From NCBI RefSeq assembly GCF_009914755.1, contig NC_060928.1: 64,000 nt of DNA; one strand, given 5' to 3'. Positions within the stretch are counted from its first letter, which is position 1; each line of letters starts with the position of its first letter. This stretch comes from the human T2T-CHM13v2.0 reference genome, Homo sapiens. Positions 1 to 17,525 of the stretch are shown piece after piece. Below the pieces are notes generated by a model. That model worked only from the letters and a program-made list of their open reading frames with translations, did no database searches and was not told the origin of the DNA. The position numbers were made by a program, and so were the translations under genes.

Positions 1-244
1 TTTGGTCTCGTGCAAGGGCCTGTTGGATGCAGCTCTCCTCAATCACCCAGGACAGAGGGAAACTTTTCTTTGCTAAACTCTGTGGTTCCTAGGAGGGCGT
101 CCTGTTCTGGGCAGCCTCCCCCTGGCGCAGAAGTGGTGTAGGCTGTCCAACCGCATCTCAACTTCCTGGCTGGATCCTTGCGGTTCAGGTCGATAGAGCT
201 CCCTATTTGGACTAGCAGAACCCTCTTTCCAGTGCAGCGTGTCC

Positions 245-375
245 CTGGAAAACTTACTTCACCTCTCTGAAACATTAGTCCCTTCATCAATGAAATGTGA
301 GTTATGATACCACTAGCTACTTTATAGGGTTGTTTGAAGCTTAACCACTAGTAATCCACGTGAAAAGTGCCTTAT
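245..375 (+). mobile_element. MIR SINE fragment
   Basis: acttacttcacctctctga...atagggttgtttgaag resembles the MIR core; boundaries approximate. Confidence 0.6.
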
Positions 376-1257
376 AAATGCAAGCAGTACCGAGCTGTGC
401 CGTTTTTTATGTTAAGAGCCCTCTGCCTCTCAAAGCTGGTTTCCTACTGTGCTGACTCGCCAGTCTCCACTGTGCCCCAGGTAAGAGCTGAGACATACTG
501 AGCACTTACTATGTTCCAGCCATGCTAGCACATAGTGTTCACTCCATCCTTTTCATGCCCCTTGAGGTGGCTACCTTAGAAAGGGGTCTGTCCTGGTCAC
601 TGCTGGTAAGAAGTAGAGCTGGGCTTGAGGCAGGACAGTCTGCTTTGAAAGCTGTGCCTGTCATCATTACCCAGGGCACTGGCTGTGTGCGTACATCATG
701 GATGGCTTCTAGAACTCCCAAGGCTGTGAGTGCTACTCAGATGCCTGCCTGGACAGCCCTTCTCAAAAAGATAGATGAACACAGTCAAGGTTAAGTGAGC
801 ACCTGCTGTGTCAGGCCCACGAGAGCCTTCCTTAAAGGAGTTCCTAGTCTAATGGCCCTGAATGACCGTCCATGGTGATAAGGGCATTGAGAAACCAGTG
901 CAGGGTCTTGGGGGCACAGAGAGGCCCCAGCTTTTCCTGATCTTTAGTCTGGAGCATGTGCAGGTGAGCAGGTAAGGAGCCAGTTGTGGACAGAGGAGAG
1001 GTGGGCACAGAGGTAATGGAGGCTCTTGCATGTCCCAGTAAGAGTTTGAACACTATGCAGCATCACCCTCAATTGCACGGGCTTGTGGTTCTAGCCTGGG
1101 TCAAAGGTCATGCTTTTGCTAATTTTCCTAGCATCTTTCTCTTTTATTTACAGAGGAAATTTGCCACCCTTATATTGAAAACCGTCTCTGTCATTTATCC
1201 CCAGCTTGAAAATATTCATTGGCAAAATAGTTATCTCTGGTGTAGCCAACCTTTTGA

Positions 1258-1673
<416 letters not shown>

Positions 1674-1794
1674 TTAGGGCTCTCCTCATTTTGCCATTGC
1701 CCAGCCCAGTGAAACATTAACTTGTTTGATTTTGCCAGTATGTCTCTCACACGTTTCCTAGTACAGGTAAAACAGTGTTACTTGCCACCAACCG

Positions 1795-2390
1795 ACTCAT
1801 TTATTTCGTAGGCATTTACTATTTGTATTTTCTGTACCCACCCCTGTGCTGGGGACCGGGAATATGAGGAGGATGAAGGCAAAGTGTTAACAATTTGCTC
1901 CCAGAGCAAGTAAACCACCTGGAAAACACAGGGTGTGTAAGTGCCCTGACGTGGGTGAGCTCAGGCGACTGATATCCTGGAGGAGGGTCCCTAACTCAGA
2001 GTGGGGGGAGGGATCTGAAAAGGCCTCCTCTTTTAGACTGGCATCTTGCAGAAATGGCAGGAGTTACCTGGGGGGAAGAAGTGGGTGATAGAAGGGGGAA
2101 GGACGTTTCAGAGAAAGGGAAGAGTATGTGCAAAGGCAGATGGTAAAGAGTAAGCCTGGCTCATGTGGGGGGATTGAGGGGGCTTAGTACTCCTGCATTG
2201 TGGAGTATGAAGCTGAAAGGCACAAAAGATGAACCCTGAATGCCTGGCCGGCCTTAAAGGGCCCAGTGGCCGTGGTCAGGTGTTTGGACTTGATCTTATA
2301 GGCATTTTGGAGTCACTGAAGGGTTTTAAGCAGGGAGTGACATGGTCCAGTGAACAAGCTCTCCCAAACCATAGTCATTGCGTGGTTGAA
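1795..2390 (-). mobile_element. L2 LINE 3' fragment
   Basis: Antisense L2 motifs gagtatgtgcaaaggc and cactgaagggttttaagcagggagtgacatg. Confidence 0.7.
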
Positions 2391-2673
2391 GGTTGAAGAT
2401 GCAAACACCTGCCTGACCAGAACAAGTCTGATTTTTAAGTACTTTGATGTTAAACCACAGCTAAATATTTGCCATTGTGTAATTGTGACAGGACCGTCAT
2501 CCACATTCCTAAGGCAAAAGTTTAACTCATTGTGTGCAAGTGGTCATAGCTGTTCACGCTCACATGATATATAATAAGCAGAGAAAGGATCATGCCACAG
2601 ATTAATAGGCAGAGTTGCTTTTTTTCCAAGTGTTGCATAAAATAATGGTGGCTTTACTGTGGATGGCATCTAA

Positions 2674-2965
<292 letters not shown>

Positions 2966-3004
2966 ACAAAGTGCTTTTAGGGGAATAAATTGGCTCTGGC
3001 CATT

Positions 3005-4130
3005 TCTTGCCTTCTCCATCACTACCATTCTTGTCCAAGCCATGTCACAGCTCTTGCTTGGATTATTACAGTCACCTCCCTAAGTCCTTACATGGTCTGT
3101 CCCTACCCCCGTCACTGTCCCCTCAATGCAGCAGCCAGAGTGATCCTGTTAAAACATGCCATGGGCCAGATCAGTCCTCTGCTCTGCTCAGCCCACCCTC
3201 AAATCCTCCCTCCAGCCCTAGGCACAACTTGCATCATTAAGAAAATAAAAGCTGAAGTCCTTATAGATGCCCATCAGGTGCTACCCTCTGAGACTGCACC
3301 TTCCTCTGTCACTCCTGGCTCACCTGCCTCCTTCCTGCTCGTCTGACATGCCCTGCACCCTCACACCATAGCCCTGGCACCTGCCCCTCTTGCCCGAGGG
3401 CATCTCCCCCCCAGCCCACTCTCACTTCCTTCGGGTCTCCAGGAAAATGTTGTTGACTCATTAGACTCTCATTGACCACCCTACTTAAAATGTCATTCCA
3501 AATCCTTTTCCTTGCTTTATTTTTTTTTGTGGAAATTATCACCATCTATCATAATATTTATTTTACTTATTTTCTTGGTTATTGTCTGTCTTTCTCCACT
3601 CAGTGCAAGTACCTTAAATCAGGGATCCACAACCCCTGGGCCACGGACTGTTATCAGTTCGTGGTCTGTAGGAACTGGGCCGTCAGCAGGAGGTGAGTAG
3701 CGAGTGAGGGAGCATTAATGCCTGAGTTCTGCCTCCTGTCAGATCAGCAGCCGCATTAGGTTCTCATGGGAGTGCAAATCCTACTGTGAACTGTGCATGT
3801 GAGGGATCTAGGTTGTGCACTCCTTATGAGAATCTAACTAACGCCTGATGATCTCAGGTGGAACAGTTTCATCCTGAAACTATCCTCCCTCTGTCCATAG
3901 AAAATTTGTCTTCCATGAAACGAATCCCTGGTGCCAAAAAGGTTGGGGACCACTGCCTTCAATACAGGGATCTTATGTGATTGTCTCTTCCTAAGGAATT
4001 GCAAGCTCCTTAAGGTAGGAGTTTTGCATAGTTTATTCACTTCTGTATCCCTAAGGCCTAAAATAACACCTGTAACATAATAGATGCCTGGTAATTTTTT
4101 GGTGAATAAATGAATGAGTGAATGAATGAA
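3005..4130 (+). mobile_element. L2 3' end, interrupted by MER1B
   Basis: gcagccagagtgatcctgttaaaa motif; ends in the L2 (TGAA)n tail at ~4105-4130. Confidence 0.8.
3620..3955 (+). mobile_element. MER1B (hAT-Charlie) DNA transposon
   Basis: TIRs cagggatccacaacc / ggttggggaccactg; 8-bp TSD ccttaaat/ccttcaat; 336 bp. Confidence 0.92.
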
Positions 4131-4169
4131 GGTGTCAATCTCATCAGCCATGGCTGGAAGCAGGCTCCC

Positions 4170-4580
4170 CATAATATCAAGAATCTTCATTCCTGGATTC
4201 TGTGCTTTATTCTCAGGCGGGCTCTCTCTTCATGGGGCTCCCGCCCCCTCCATGTTGATAGCTCCAGAACTCTGAGTATGGAAAAGAGAGGAGTATCTTT
4301 CTCATAGTAGTTGCAGAAAATGTCCCACGGTTACTTTGATGGGCTCTAACTGAGTCTTGGGTATTCTTGAATCAATTACTGTGAGCAGGGAGATTTGAGG
4401 CTCTAATTGGCTGGACTGTGTCACATGCCCACTTTTGGATTCAGGGGGTAGAGTCAGCTCCACTTGAGGCATTTGGAATAAGGATCTATGTGAAGAATTT
4501 TCCCAAGGGATATTGGAGTATCAACGGAAAAAGGGCAAGTGGACGCTGGGTGGGCAGATAGAAACAAAAAACATCCATCC
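4170..4580 (-). mobile_element. Old MLT1-type MaLR LTR
   Basis: ctaattggctggactgtgtcacatgcccac and ggacgctgggtgggcag motifs; boundaries approximate. Confidence 0.6.
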
Positions 4581-6205
4581 CCCCCAACCTGTTATTATTG
4601 TGTTCCTTGAAGCACAGATTGGGACCCTTTGGTGTATCCTACTTAATCGTTTGATTCCACATCCACCTTTTGCACTAGACTGCAGCCTCCTAAAGAACAG
4701 CACTTAGTTGTTTTCCACCTTTGTGTCTGCAAAGCCTAGAATAAGGCCAATGAGGGCATAGAGCGGCCATTTGTTGAATGGAAGATGAAAACAATCACTT
4801 ATTGGGGGCCAATTTCTTGCATTCCTTTGGGTTCTGGAGCTATTGAAAAACAAACTGATTTATTTCCAGTAAGGTCATTGGAGACTATGCCTTGGATTTG
4901 AGAACAGAATGGCCTTCCTACTCCTGTCCTTCAGTTTTGACCTTGAGACTTGCTTGAGCAGAGAACTGGTTTTTCAGCGTGGACCCTACACTGCCAGTAG
5001 CTTGGCAGCTCTTAATCATGGTGCACAGAGAACTCCCAAGAAATTCCCAAAAAGAGATAGGACATAGCTAAATGGCAGCCTGTGGTGATTTCTGACTCTT
5101 GCATAGTGTGACTCAGGATGTCACCACTCTTCCCAGTGAGAGAGAAGGCAAAGCTTTTCCCTGCTTCTTTCTAGGTAAGACAAAATTCCTACTTTATGGG
5201 ATCGTAAAGGGGCCTAGAGCTTGGGGGTTGGCTTTCCAACAGTATGAGCTGAAGTGAATAGGTGTTAGGATAGAGGGAGGATTTATGTTGAGTCTTGAGG
5301 GAAGGGTTTAAATGCCTCAAGAGATAAAGGATCAGTATTTTAGCAGGATCAAACAGCATAATCTGGTGCTAAGCCTAGGCATTTTTCTGGGAGAACTGGA
5401 AAAAACAGATATTCTTAGCATTACACCATTATCTAAAATCTGGACTTTGAGAAATGGCAGACTGAGATGAAGAAACTGTTCTACAAAGAATGTTGAGGGT
5501 CCTAACACCCTAAAGGGATATTCTGGTTTACAGAACAGAGACAACAGTGAGGACACATAGTTTAGGATACCAGAGGAGAATTTCTAGTTCAGGAAGACCT
5601 GAATTACATAAGAAGAGAAAAACACACTCTATTAGGCTGAGGTCATTCCCTTAGCTAGAGCCAACCAAGGAAAAGATGGATGTCAACGTTGTTAGCAATC
5701 CTGGAGTCTTCTTCTTCTCAGTCCTTGATTTTTGTGACCTCCTTGGAGTACCCTTATGCATTGAAGATTTTGGCCTCTGCTTCATCTCTCACAAGTGCTC
5801 CATCTGTGAAGTCATCAATATAAATATCTCATTCTTTCAGTGCGGGACATTATCCTGTTTCAACGTGGGAACATTATCACTGTTCACCAACATCCTGTTC
5901 CCCTTTACTTTTCATGCACACACACAAAATTATACCTCCTTGTCCCCTTGAAGTTATGTGAGACCATGTGACTTGTTTTGGTCCATTTGAGCTGAGATGA
6001 CATATGTCACATCTTGGAGAAAGTATTGAAGACCTAGTGAGTGTCACTTTATATCACTCCATCTTGGAGCAACCACAGTGATCTACATGGTGGAACTTAT
6101 TTCAGTCTGGTTCCCAGAGTGAGAACAACATGGATCAGAGATCACACTCACTGCTAGCCAGCCTGCACTGAGACATGGCATGAGTGGGACAGACTCTTTT
6201 CCCAT

Positions 6206-6877
<672 letters not shown>

Positions 6878-6964
6878 TGAGATTTGGGGCTGCTCATTAC
6901 CACAGTATAACCACGCCTATCCTGACTGGTACACCTACCCAAACCAGCCCACCCTCAAGGAGAA

Positions 6965-9730
<2,766 letters not shown>

Positions 9731-10165
9731 CAGAAGCAGAACTCCTCTCCTCAGTATTTATCTGTACACGAGCGCCTTCTGTTTCAAAGGTAAGCTCTCC
9801 CTAATCCCCATGCTACCTAAGATCTACTACCCAACTCTCCTCACTTTCATAACAGAGCTTCGTGAAGAAGCAGCCCACACTTGGTGTCTTCACTTTCTCG
9901 ATGATAACATATTCCTCAAATCACTACATCTAACTTGTCATTTTAATTAAGCAGCTCTCACTAGGGTCATCGTGAGCTTTTTGTTTCTGAAGGCATCAGG
10001 TAACTGTAAGTTGTGTCTTTTTGGGACACACACAAAATGAGCCAACTCATGAACCTCACCATCCAACAGAAGAAATAGAGCATGTAGAATTCCCCTGAAG
10101 CTCCTTGAATGTCCTCCACTCCCTTTCCCATGTTTTCGAACTCCTAAACATTACAATGTTTAGTT

Positions 10166-10473
10166 TTGTTGTTGTTGTTGTTGTTTTTTTGAGACGGAGT
10201 CTTGCACTGTCGCCCAGGCTGGAGTGCAGTGGCACAATCTCAGCTCCCATTGCAAGCTCCGCCTCCCAGGTTCACGCCATTCTCCTGCCTCAGCCTCCCA
10301 AGTAGCTGGGACTACAGGCACCTGCCACCATGCCCGGCTAATTTCTTGTATTTTTAGTAGAGATGGGGTTTCACCATGTTAGCCAGGATGGTCTCGATCT
10401 CCTGACCTCGTGATCCGCCCGCCTCAGCCTCCCAAAGTGCTGGGATTACAGGCATGAGCCACCATGCCTGGCC
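10166..10473 (-). mobile_element. AluY
   Basis: gcaagctccgcctcc, ttcacgccattc, gttagccaggatggtctcgatctcctgacctcgtgatc; (GTT)n tail. Confidence 0.95.
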
Positions 10474-10908
10474 AGTTTTTATTGTTTTTGAAATTTATAA
10501 AAATGGTAGCATGTTTTATGTGTTTTTGTATAATTTGGTGTTTTCACTCAAGATTACACTTCTAGAATTCATCCTTGCTGCTGTGAGTAGCTGCCATCTA
10601 TTCATTTTCATTACTGTTCCATTCAGTTACTATAGTGTAACTCATTTATTTTTTCTTCGGACACTGATTGCACTGTACTGCTTCTAGTTTTTTACTATTG
10701 TGAACCATACGGCTGTGAACAATTTTGTGTATGTCTCCTGTTGCATATATATCAGATTTCCTCTAGGATATATGCCACAGGAGAGCTGCTAGGTCATAGC
10801 ACAGGTGTGTGTCCAAATTTCATAAGATGATGGCAAATTGTTTACCAACGTGATCATATTAATTTACACTCTGGCAAGCCATGTGTAGGCATTTCCATTG
10901 CTCTACAT

Positions 10909-11470
<562 letters not shown>

Positions 11471-12019
11471 ACCTTTATTTCCTCGCCAATATTTATTACT
11501 GTTGACTTTTCATATTTGCCAATTGATTGAGCATACAATAGTATTTCATTGTTTTAAATTGCGTTTTTATTGAGGTTGAAGTGTCTTTATATATTCAGTT
11601 CCCAGTCATGTTTCTGGTTTTATGAAGTTCCTGTTCATAACTTTGTTAATTTTTTAATTAGTAGTCTGTCTTCTTTGATTGACTTGTGGCTCTTTATATA
11701 GTCTACATGACATTTCTTTGTCAGTTATGTGCTGCAAATATTTTATTCTGTTTTGCAATTTCACTTTTCAAGCCTTTTATGATATCTGTTGACATCATAA
11801 ATGCCTTCATTTTAATTTAGTCATACTTATTAAGCTTTCCTTGTGGTTTCCTTGTGGTTTATATTTTGTGTATAAATATGTATATGCATAAATATGTATA
11901 TTTATACACAATATATAATATATAAAAACATATGATATATATTTATTATATATTACATGTAAAGATATATTTATTATAATATATAATTCTGTACTTACAT
12001 AAACATAATTATATTACAT

Positions 12020-12340
12020 AAATATATACTTATATACATATATAATATATAAATATATACTTATATACATATATAATATATAAATATATACTTATATACA
12101 TATATAATATATAAATATGTACTTATATACATATATAATATATAAATATATACTTATATACATATATAATATATAAATATATACTTATATACATATATAA
12201 TATATAAATATATACTTATATACATATATAATATATAAATATATACTTATATACATATATAATATATAAATATATACTTATATACATATATAATATATAA
12301 ATATATACTTATGTTGTATACATATATAATATATAAATAT
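12020..12340. repeat. AT-rich minisatellite, 31-bp unit, ~10 copies
   Basis: Unit aaatatatacttatatacatatataatatat starts at 12020, 12051, 12082 ... 12299; degenerate (TA)n flanks span 11870-12390. Confidence 0.95.
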
Positions 12341-12651
12341 ATAATATATAAATATGCATATATAATTATATAATATATAAAAATATATTTCTCCATAAGA
12401 AAACCTTCTCCTCCTTAAGATTTATGCATATTATTTATTGATGCAATATTTCTTCTTAGTTTCAGTGACATTACACCCTCCAAGGTTGCCCCCTGCTTTT
12501 CTGGCTGTTCCTTCTCCTTCTTCTTTGCAAGGCTGGCTTCCTGTCACTTGCAACGAAGCCTGGAGTTCAAGACTGAGCAATTGGACCTCTTACTTAGCTT
12601 TTTGTACTATCTCCCTAGGTGATCTTGTCAACCCCTGCATGTTCAGTCACT

Positions 12652-13208
12652 CTGTGTCAGTCAGGGTGCAGTCAGGACCCAGAACCTACACCAGTTTTCA
12701 AAAAGGGAAAATGTAATTCCAAGAACTGTCAACCAGTAAAAAGGTTAACTACTAAGTAGAGTCAAAGAGGACTCTAGGAGGTATAGAAGCAGCAACTTCA
12801 GCAAAACACCTAGTCTCTCTAGGGCTGAGGAAGAGTGAACACATAAAAGAACTCAGAAACTTAGAAGGTGGCCCCCTTCTCCGTGAAGTCTGTGATTCAC
12901 ATGTCTCTGGAGAAGGCATTGTTGCCACAATAGGCAGCCCACTGAGTGGCTGCAAGTGGTCCATGAGTGCCACTTAGATGAGGGCTACTAGGCCCCCTGG
13001 ACACCATCCCGCTGAATGCCACATGGAAAATACACTGGAAGAAGGAAGAAAAGTCCTTCTTCTCACTCCGATCTTGCAGTGTCTCGCCTGTGCCTTGATT
13101 GGCAATGCCTAGCACGAGGCCAGCTGGAAAAGGAGAAATGTCTACAGGGTCCAGCTCCAACATCACAAATTTGATTTGGAGCTGAGAGTCAATAAATTAA
13201 TAACTAAC
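12652..13208 (-). mobile_element. ERVL LTR (LTR41-like)
   Basis: Reverse complement begins tgttagttattaatttattgactctcagctccaaat, as I recall for LTR41. Confidence 0.6.
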
Positions 13209-13237
13209 ATATATTTTTATATGACAGTGACTCAGTA

Positions 13238-13533
13238 ATTTTTTTTGTTTTGAGACAGAGTCTTGCTCTGTTGCCCAGGCTGGAGAGCAGTAGCGTGATC
13301 TTGGCTCACTGCAACCTCTGCCTCCCAGTTTCAAGCAATTCTCCTGCCTCAGCCTGCCAAATAGCTGCGATTACAGGCATTCACCACCACACCCATCTAA
13401 TTCTTGTATTTTTAGTAGTGACAGGGTTTCACTATGTTGGCCAGGCTAGTCTCAAACTCCTGGCCTCAAGTGATCTGCCCGCCTCAGCCTCCCAAAGTGC
13501 TGGGATTACAGGTGTGAGCCACCATGCCTGGCC
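13238..13533 (-). mobile_element. AluS
   Basis: Full dimer; TSD gactcagtaattttt/gactcaataattttt. Confidence 0.95.
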
Positions 13534-14500
13534 AGACTCAATAATTTTTTACCTTAATTCACATTTCTCCTCGGATTTCCAAACCTCTGGTTTCCTATTT
13601 ATAATTCCATTTGGATATCTCAAAAGAATTATTATCTCAAATTCAACACAACTTCACCAAACTAATTTTCTTCCAGAATTTCCTAGTTTAGTGTATAGTG
13701 TCATTATCCCTTCAGTTACAGAAGACAGCATGTCTCAGGTTTTTCTCTTATCCCCACAAATCCAATTAAGCACCTGGCTATGTTGATTTTATCTCCTAAA
13801 TAGCTCACAAATCTGCCTGTCTTTCCAGCCACACCAACCTCAGTTCAAACATCACGTTTCATGTGGACTCTCCTGGGCTTCCTGACTGGCCTCCCTGTCT
13901 TCTCTTGCACTTTCAGAACATTCCCCACTCAACAGCTAGAAAATAGCTTCAAATCACAAGTATGATCGTGTCGGTTCCTTGCTTAACATTTTTTCAATGG
14001 CTTCCATTGCTCTCCGGTCAAAGATTATAACCTGTAATACATCCTTCAGAACCCTGTATGGTCTAAAACCTGCCCAGCTCTCCCAACTCACTGCAAGCTG
14101 TGTTCCCCTTCACTGAATGAGTTCAATTAGTCACTGCACTTAAAGTTTTCAGCCAAATCTCTGGCACATGACAACTGTCCCATAAACTTAGCTATTTCTT
14201 CCTCTTGTAATCAATGTTATTATTTATACTCTTCAACCACACAGCCATTCTTTCAGTTTTGAAAAAGTTTACTCCTGCCCCAGGACCTTACTGTATGTTG
14301 TTCTGTCCCCTGAAACACTCTTTCCATCTTATCCCATTTGACTCAGTCATCTCCCACTTATCTTTCTTCAAGATGCCTTATCTGCTTCCTAGACTGGGTA
14401 ATTCCTCCTAGAAGGTCCCTGAAATTATCACATGCTCCTTCATAGCATTGAACACAGTTGTAATATTGCATTTACTCTTGTGGCTCTTTCATTAAGTCAG

Positions 14501-14866
14501 TATATTAGTCTGTTTTCACACTGCTGATAAAGACATACCTGAGACTGGGTAATTTATAAAGGAAAGAAGCTTAATGGACTCACAGTTCCAGTTCCACGTG
14601 GCTGAGAAGGCCTCACAATTATGGTGGAAGGCAAAAGGTACATCTTGCATGGCAGCAGGCAAAGAGGAAATGAGACCCAAGTGAAAGGGGTTTCCCTTAT
14701 AAAACCGTCAGATCTCATGAGACTTATTCACTACCATGAGAAAAGTATGGGGGAACCACCCTCATGATTCATTTATCTCCCACTCGGTCCCTCCCCCAAC
14801 ACATGGGAATTATGGGAGCTACAATTCAAGATGAGATTTGGGTGGGGACACAGCCAAACCATATCA
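14501..14866 (-). mobile_element. THE1 solo LTR
   Basis: Ends gagatttgggtggggacacagccaaaccatatca; 5-bp TSD gtcag. Confidence 0.95.
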
Positions 14867-15181
14867 GTCAGTCACCCCCACAAGACCATAGACTCCACAA
14901 GGATGGGGTCTGTGGCTCTTGAGGTGTCTCCTGTGGGCCCCACTGCTTTAGAAAGTGTCTATCATTATAGCTGCTGGTTCTTGAGTATCAGAATAGACTA
15001 AGGAAAATCACCGTGTAAACTTATAAAGGTTACAGGTTCCTTCCCAGTATCTAAAGGAGAAAGCCTAGGGAAAGGGAAAATAAAATTATACTTAATAAAT
15101 ACCTACTATGGGCCAAACATTTTTATACATAATATGATCTTTATTTTTATTTTTATTTCAATAGCTTTAAGGGTACAAGTG

Positions 15182-15569
15182 TGTATTAGTCCATTCTCAC
15201 ACTACTATAAAGAAATACCTGAGACTGAGTAATTTATAAATAAAAGAGGTCTAATTGGCTCATGGTTCTGCAGGCTGTACAGGAAGCATGATGGCTTCTA
15301 GAGAGGCCTCAGGAAACTTTCTATCATGGCGGAAGGCGAAGGGGAAGCACGCACATCTTACATGGCTGGAGCAGGAGGATAAGAGAGAGGGAGGAGGTGC
15401 CACACATTTTTAAACAACCAGATCTCATGAGAACTCTATCATATGAACAGCACCAAAGTGGGAAGTCCTCCCTCATGATCCAATCACCTCCCACCGGATC
15501 CCACCTCCAACACTGGGGATTATAATTCAGCATGAGATTTGGGCAGGGACACAAATCCAAACCATATCA
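15182..15569 (-). mobile_element. MST (MSTA/B) solo LTR
   Basis: tgtattagtccattctcacact...ccaaaccatatca; 5-bp TSD aagtg. Confidence 0.93.
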
Positions 15570-15585
15570 AAGTGGATGAATTGTG

Positions 15586-15701
15586 TAGGTTACTTTCAAT
15601 GGCAAAAACCGCAATAACTTTTGCACCAACCTATACAATTCATCCATTGAAAGTTAACTTTCAATGGCAAAAACTGCAATAACTTTTGCAGCAACCTAAT
15701 A
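15586..15701. mobile_element. Rearranged MADE1 (Hsmar1 MITE)
   Basis: Two direct copies of aatggcaaaaac(c/t)gcaataacttttgca(c/g)caaccta, the Hsmar1 TIR. Confidence 0.9.
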
Positions 15702-16699
15702 TAATGGTGAAGTCTGAAATTTTAGTGCACCAGTCACTGAGGTAGCATACATTGTACCCAATGTGTAGTTTTTCATCCCTCACTCCTTTCCCATTCTTCC
15801 CCCGTCTGAGTCTCATGTTCATAATACCACTCTGTAAGCCTTTGCACACCTTAGCTCCCACTTATAAGTGAGAACATACAACATTTGGTTTTCCACTCTT
15901 GAGTTACTTCACTTGGAATAATGGCCCCCAGTTCAAGCCAAGTTGCTGATATCTAATGTTTAGAATAACAGTGTGAGAGAGGTTTTGTTAGCTCCATTTT
16001 ATACCTGGAGATATGGGGATTTCCAAGAGGTTAACTAAGTTGTCTTAGGTGACATAATTGTGGTGCTTGGTCTCACTTCTTTCTGTATAACTGAAAAGCT
16101 CTTTCCCTCATGTTGGCCTTTCCTAAGACTCAATAATTTGCATCCCACCTGCAGAATTATTATTATTTTTTTTACCATAGCTGTGTACTACCTGTACTAT
16201 TGTTTAATACTTTTCTCTATCTTGACCATGACTTTAATAGAATTTTTTTGCAAGGAAACTTTATATTTCTGCTTTAAATTGGAGCCAGATTGTGACTACT
16301 ATAAATAGAAAATGAGATAAAATAAAAATTAAGACGGATGCAAAACAATGATATTCAGTGTAGTGAGATGTTTTTCATTAACGTATTCATTATTTGCATA
16401 GTTACCTTTTGTGTGTGCATGTGTATGTGGCAAGAACACGTAAGACCTACTCCCTTGGCAAATTTCCAGTATATAGTATGTTATTATTAACAACGGTCAC
16501 CAATGATATTGTTAACCTTTTGTAGACCTTTAGTTTGCAACTTGTTCCATGGATAATTTTGGAATGGATTTGTAAATGTGTGAATGAGCAGTAGTGCTGC
16601 ATGGCAGTTGTACAGATGCAGGGTTGGAGCTGTGGAGAGGTCTGCAAGGTATGCCCAGCTTAGGGGTTTGTGTTTTAGTTCAAGGTAATGGCAGGTTCT

Positions 16700-16802
16700 C
16701 TTTTTTTTTTTTTTTTTTTGAGATGGAGTCTCGCTCTGTCGCCCAGGCTGGAGTACAGTGGCACAATCTCGGCTCACTGCAAACTCCACCTCCCAGGTTC
16801 AC
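16700..16802 (-). mobile_element. Heavily 5'-truncated Alu (AluY-like)
   Basis: Poly-T plus ~80 bp of the right arm; exact 13-bp TSD aatggcaggttct. Confidence 0.93.
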
Positions 16803-17009
16803 AATGGCAGGTTCTTGAGGGAGTTTGAGCCCCACACTTTCTTTTTGACACTGGAGCTGCAGCATGTGCTCTTTTAGGCAGCTCTCTAAACTACGTTCCA
16901 CCTTCCAGCCCAGCTTAGAGATAGGCTATGGGCCTTGTGCTTATGTATATCTGAGATGTACCAGGACCCCTGTCCAGGTCCATCATGGAATCTTTCAGCA
17001 GGGATGCTC

Positions 17010-17260
17010 CTGACATAGCACAGTGGTTAAGAGCACAGACTCTGAAGCTGCATTGCCTGGAGTCGAAAGCTGCCTCTGCTACTTCCTAGCTGAGTGATCT
17101 GAATAAGTTTCTTCACCTCTCTGACCCTCAGTCTCCTCATGTGTAAAGTGAGGGTTAAATGGTACTTACTTCATACATTGATGTCAGTACTAAATGAGTT
17201 AATGTACGTAAAGTGCTTACACAGTCTGGCAGTAATAAGTACTATATAAGATTTATTAAA
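17010..17260 (+). mobile_element. MIR
   Basis: agcacagtggttaagagcacagactctg...ctcagtctcctcatgtgtaaa...taaatgagttaatg. Confidence 0.88.
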
Positions 17261-17284
17261 ATTTTATGACTGAAGATTCTATGT

Positions 17285-17525
17285 GGAGGTCAAAGGCACA
17301 GATTTTGGGATCACACAAGTCTGGTTTCAAATCCTGCCTTTTCTGTGTGTGGGCTATGTTACCTTGGGCCAACTACTTATCCTCTCCGAGCCTCAGTTTC
17401 TTCTGCTGAAGAATGGGGATGCACTCTGACATGGTCCTTGTGAGGATGGAGTGAGGTAACCATAGGTCAGTGGCTTCATCATACAGTGTGCAGCACTTAG
17501 GAGGATGCCTGGCTCAACACAGGAG
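17285..17525 (+). mobile_element. MIR
   Basis: ggtttcaaatcctgcc...accttgggc...gagcctcagtttc. Confidence 0.8.

Larger units (their letters stand above)
12400..14970 (+). mobile_element. Fragmented L2, interrupted by an LTR, an Alu and THE1
   Basis: ctccctaggtgatctt, tcaatggcttccattgctc, cctgccccaggacctt motifs. Confidence 0.7.
15138..15950 (-). mobile_element. L1PB-type 3' end, interrupted by MST and MADE1
   Basis: T-rich tail then caatagcttt..gggtacaagtg; agctcccacttataagtgagaaca. Confidence 0.85.

Noticed and set aside
12020-12340. 31-bp periodic repeat as a CRISPR-like array
   Set aside because: No unique spacers, primate context, no cas genes; it is a tandem minisatellite
13075-13115. 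CTCF site often carried by LTR41-type elements
   Set aside because: The corresponding motif is too degenerate in this copy
13250-13786. 178-aa ORF and similar ones (6449, 39744, 1416, 42839)
   Set aside because: Antisense Alu translations ([23 protein letters not shown])
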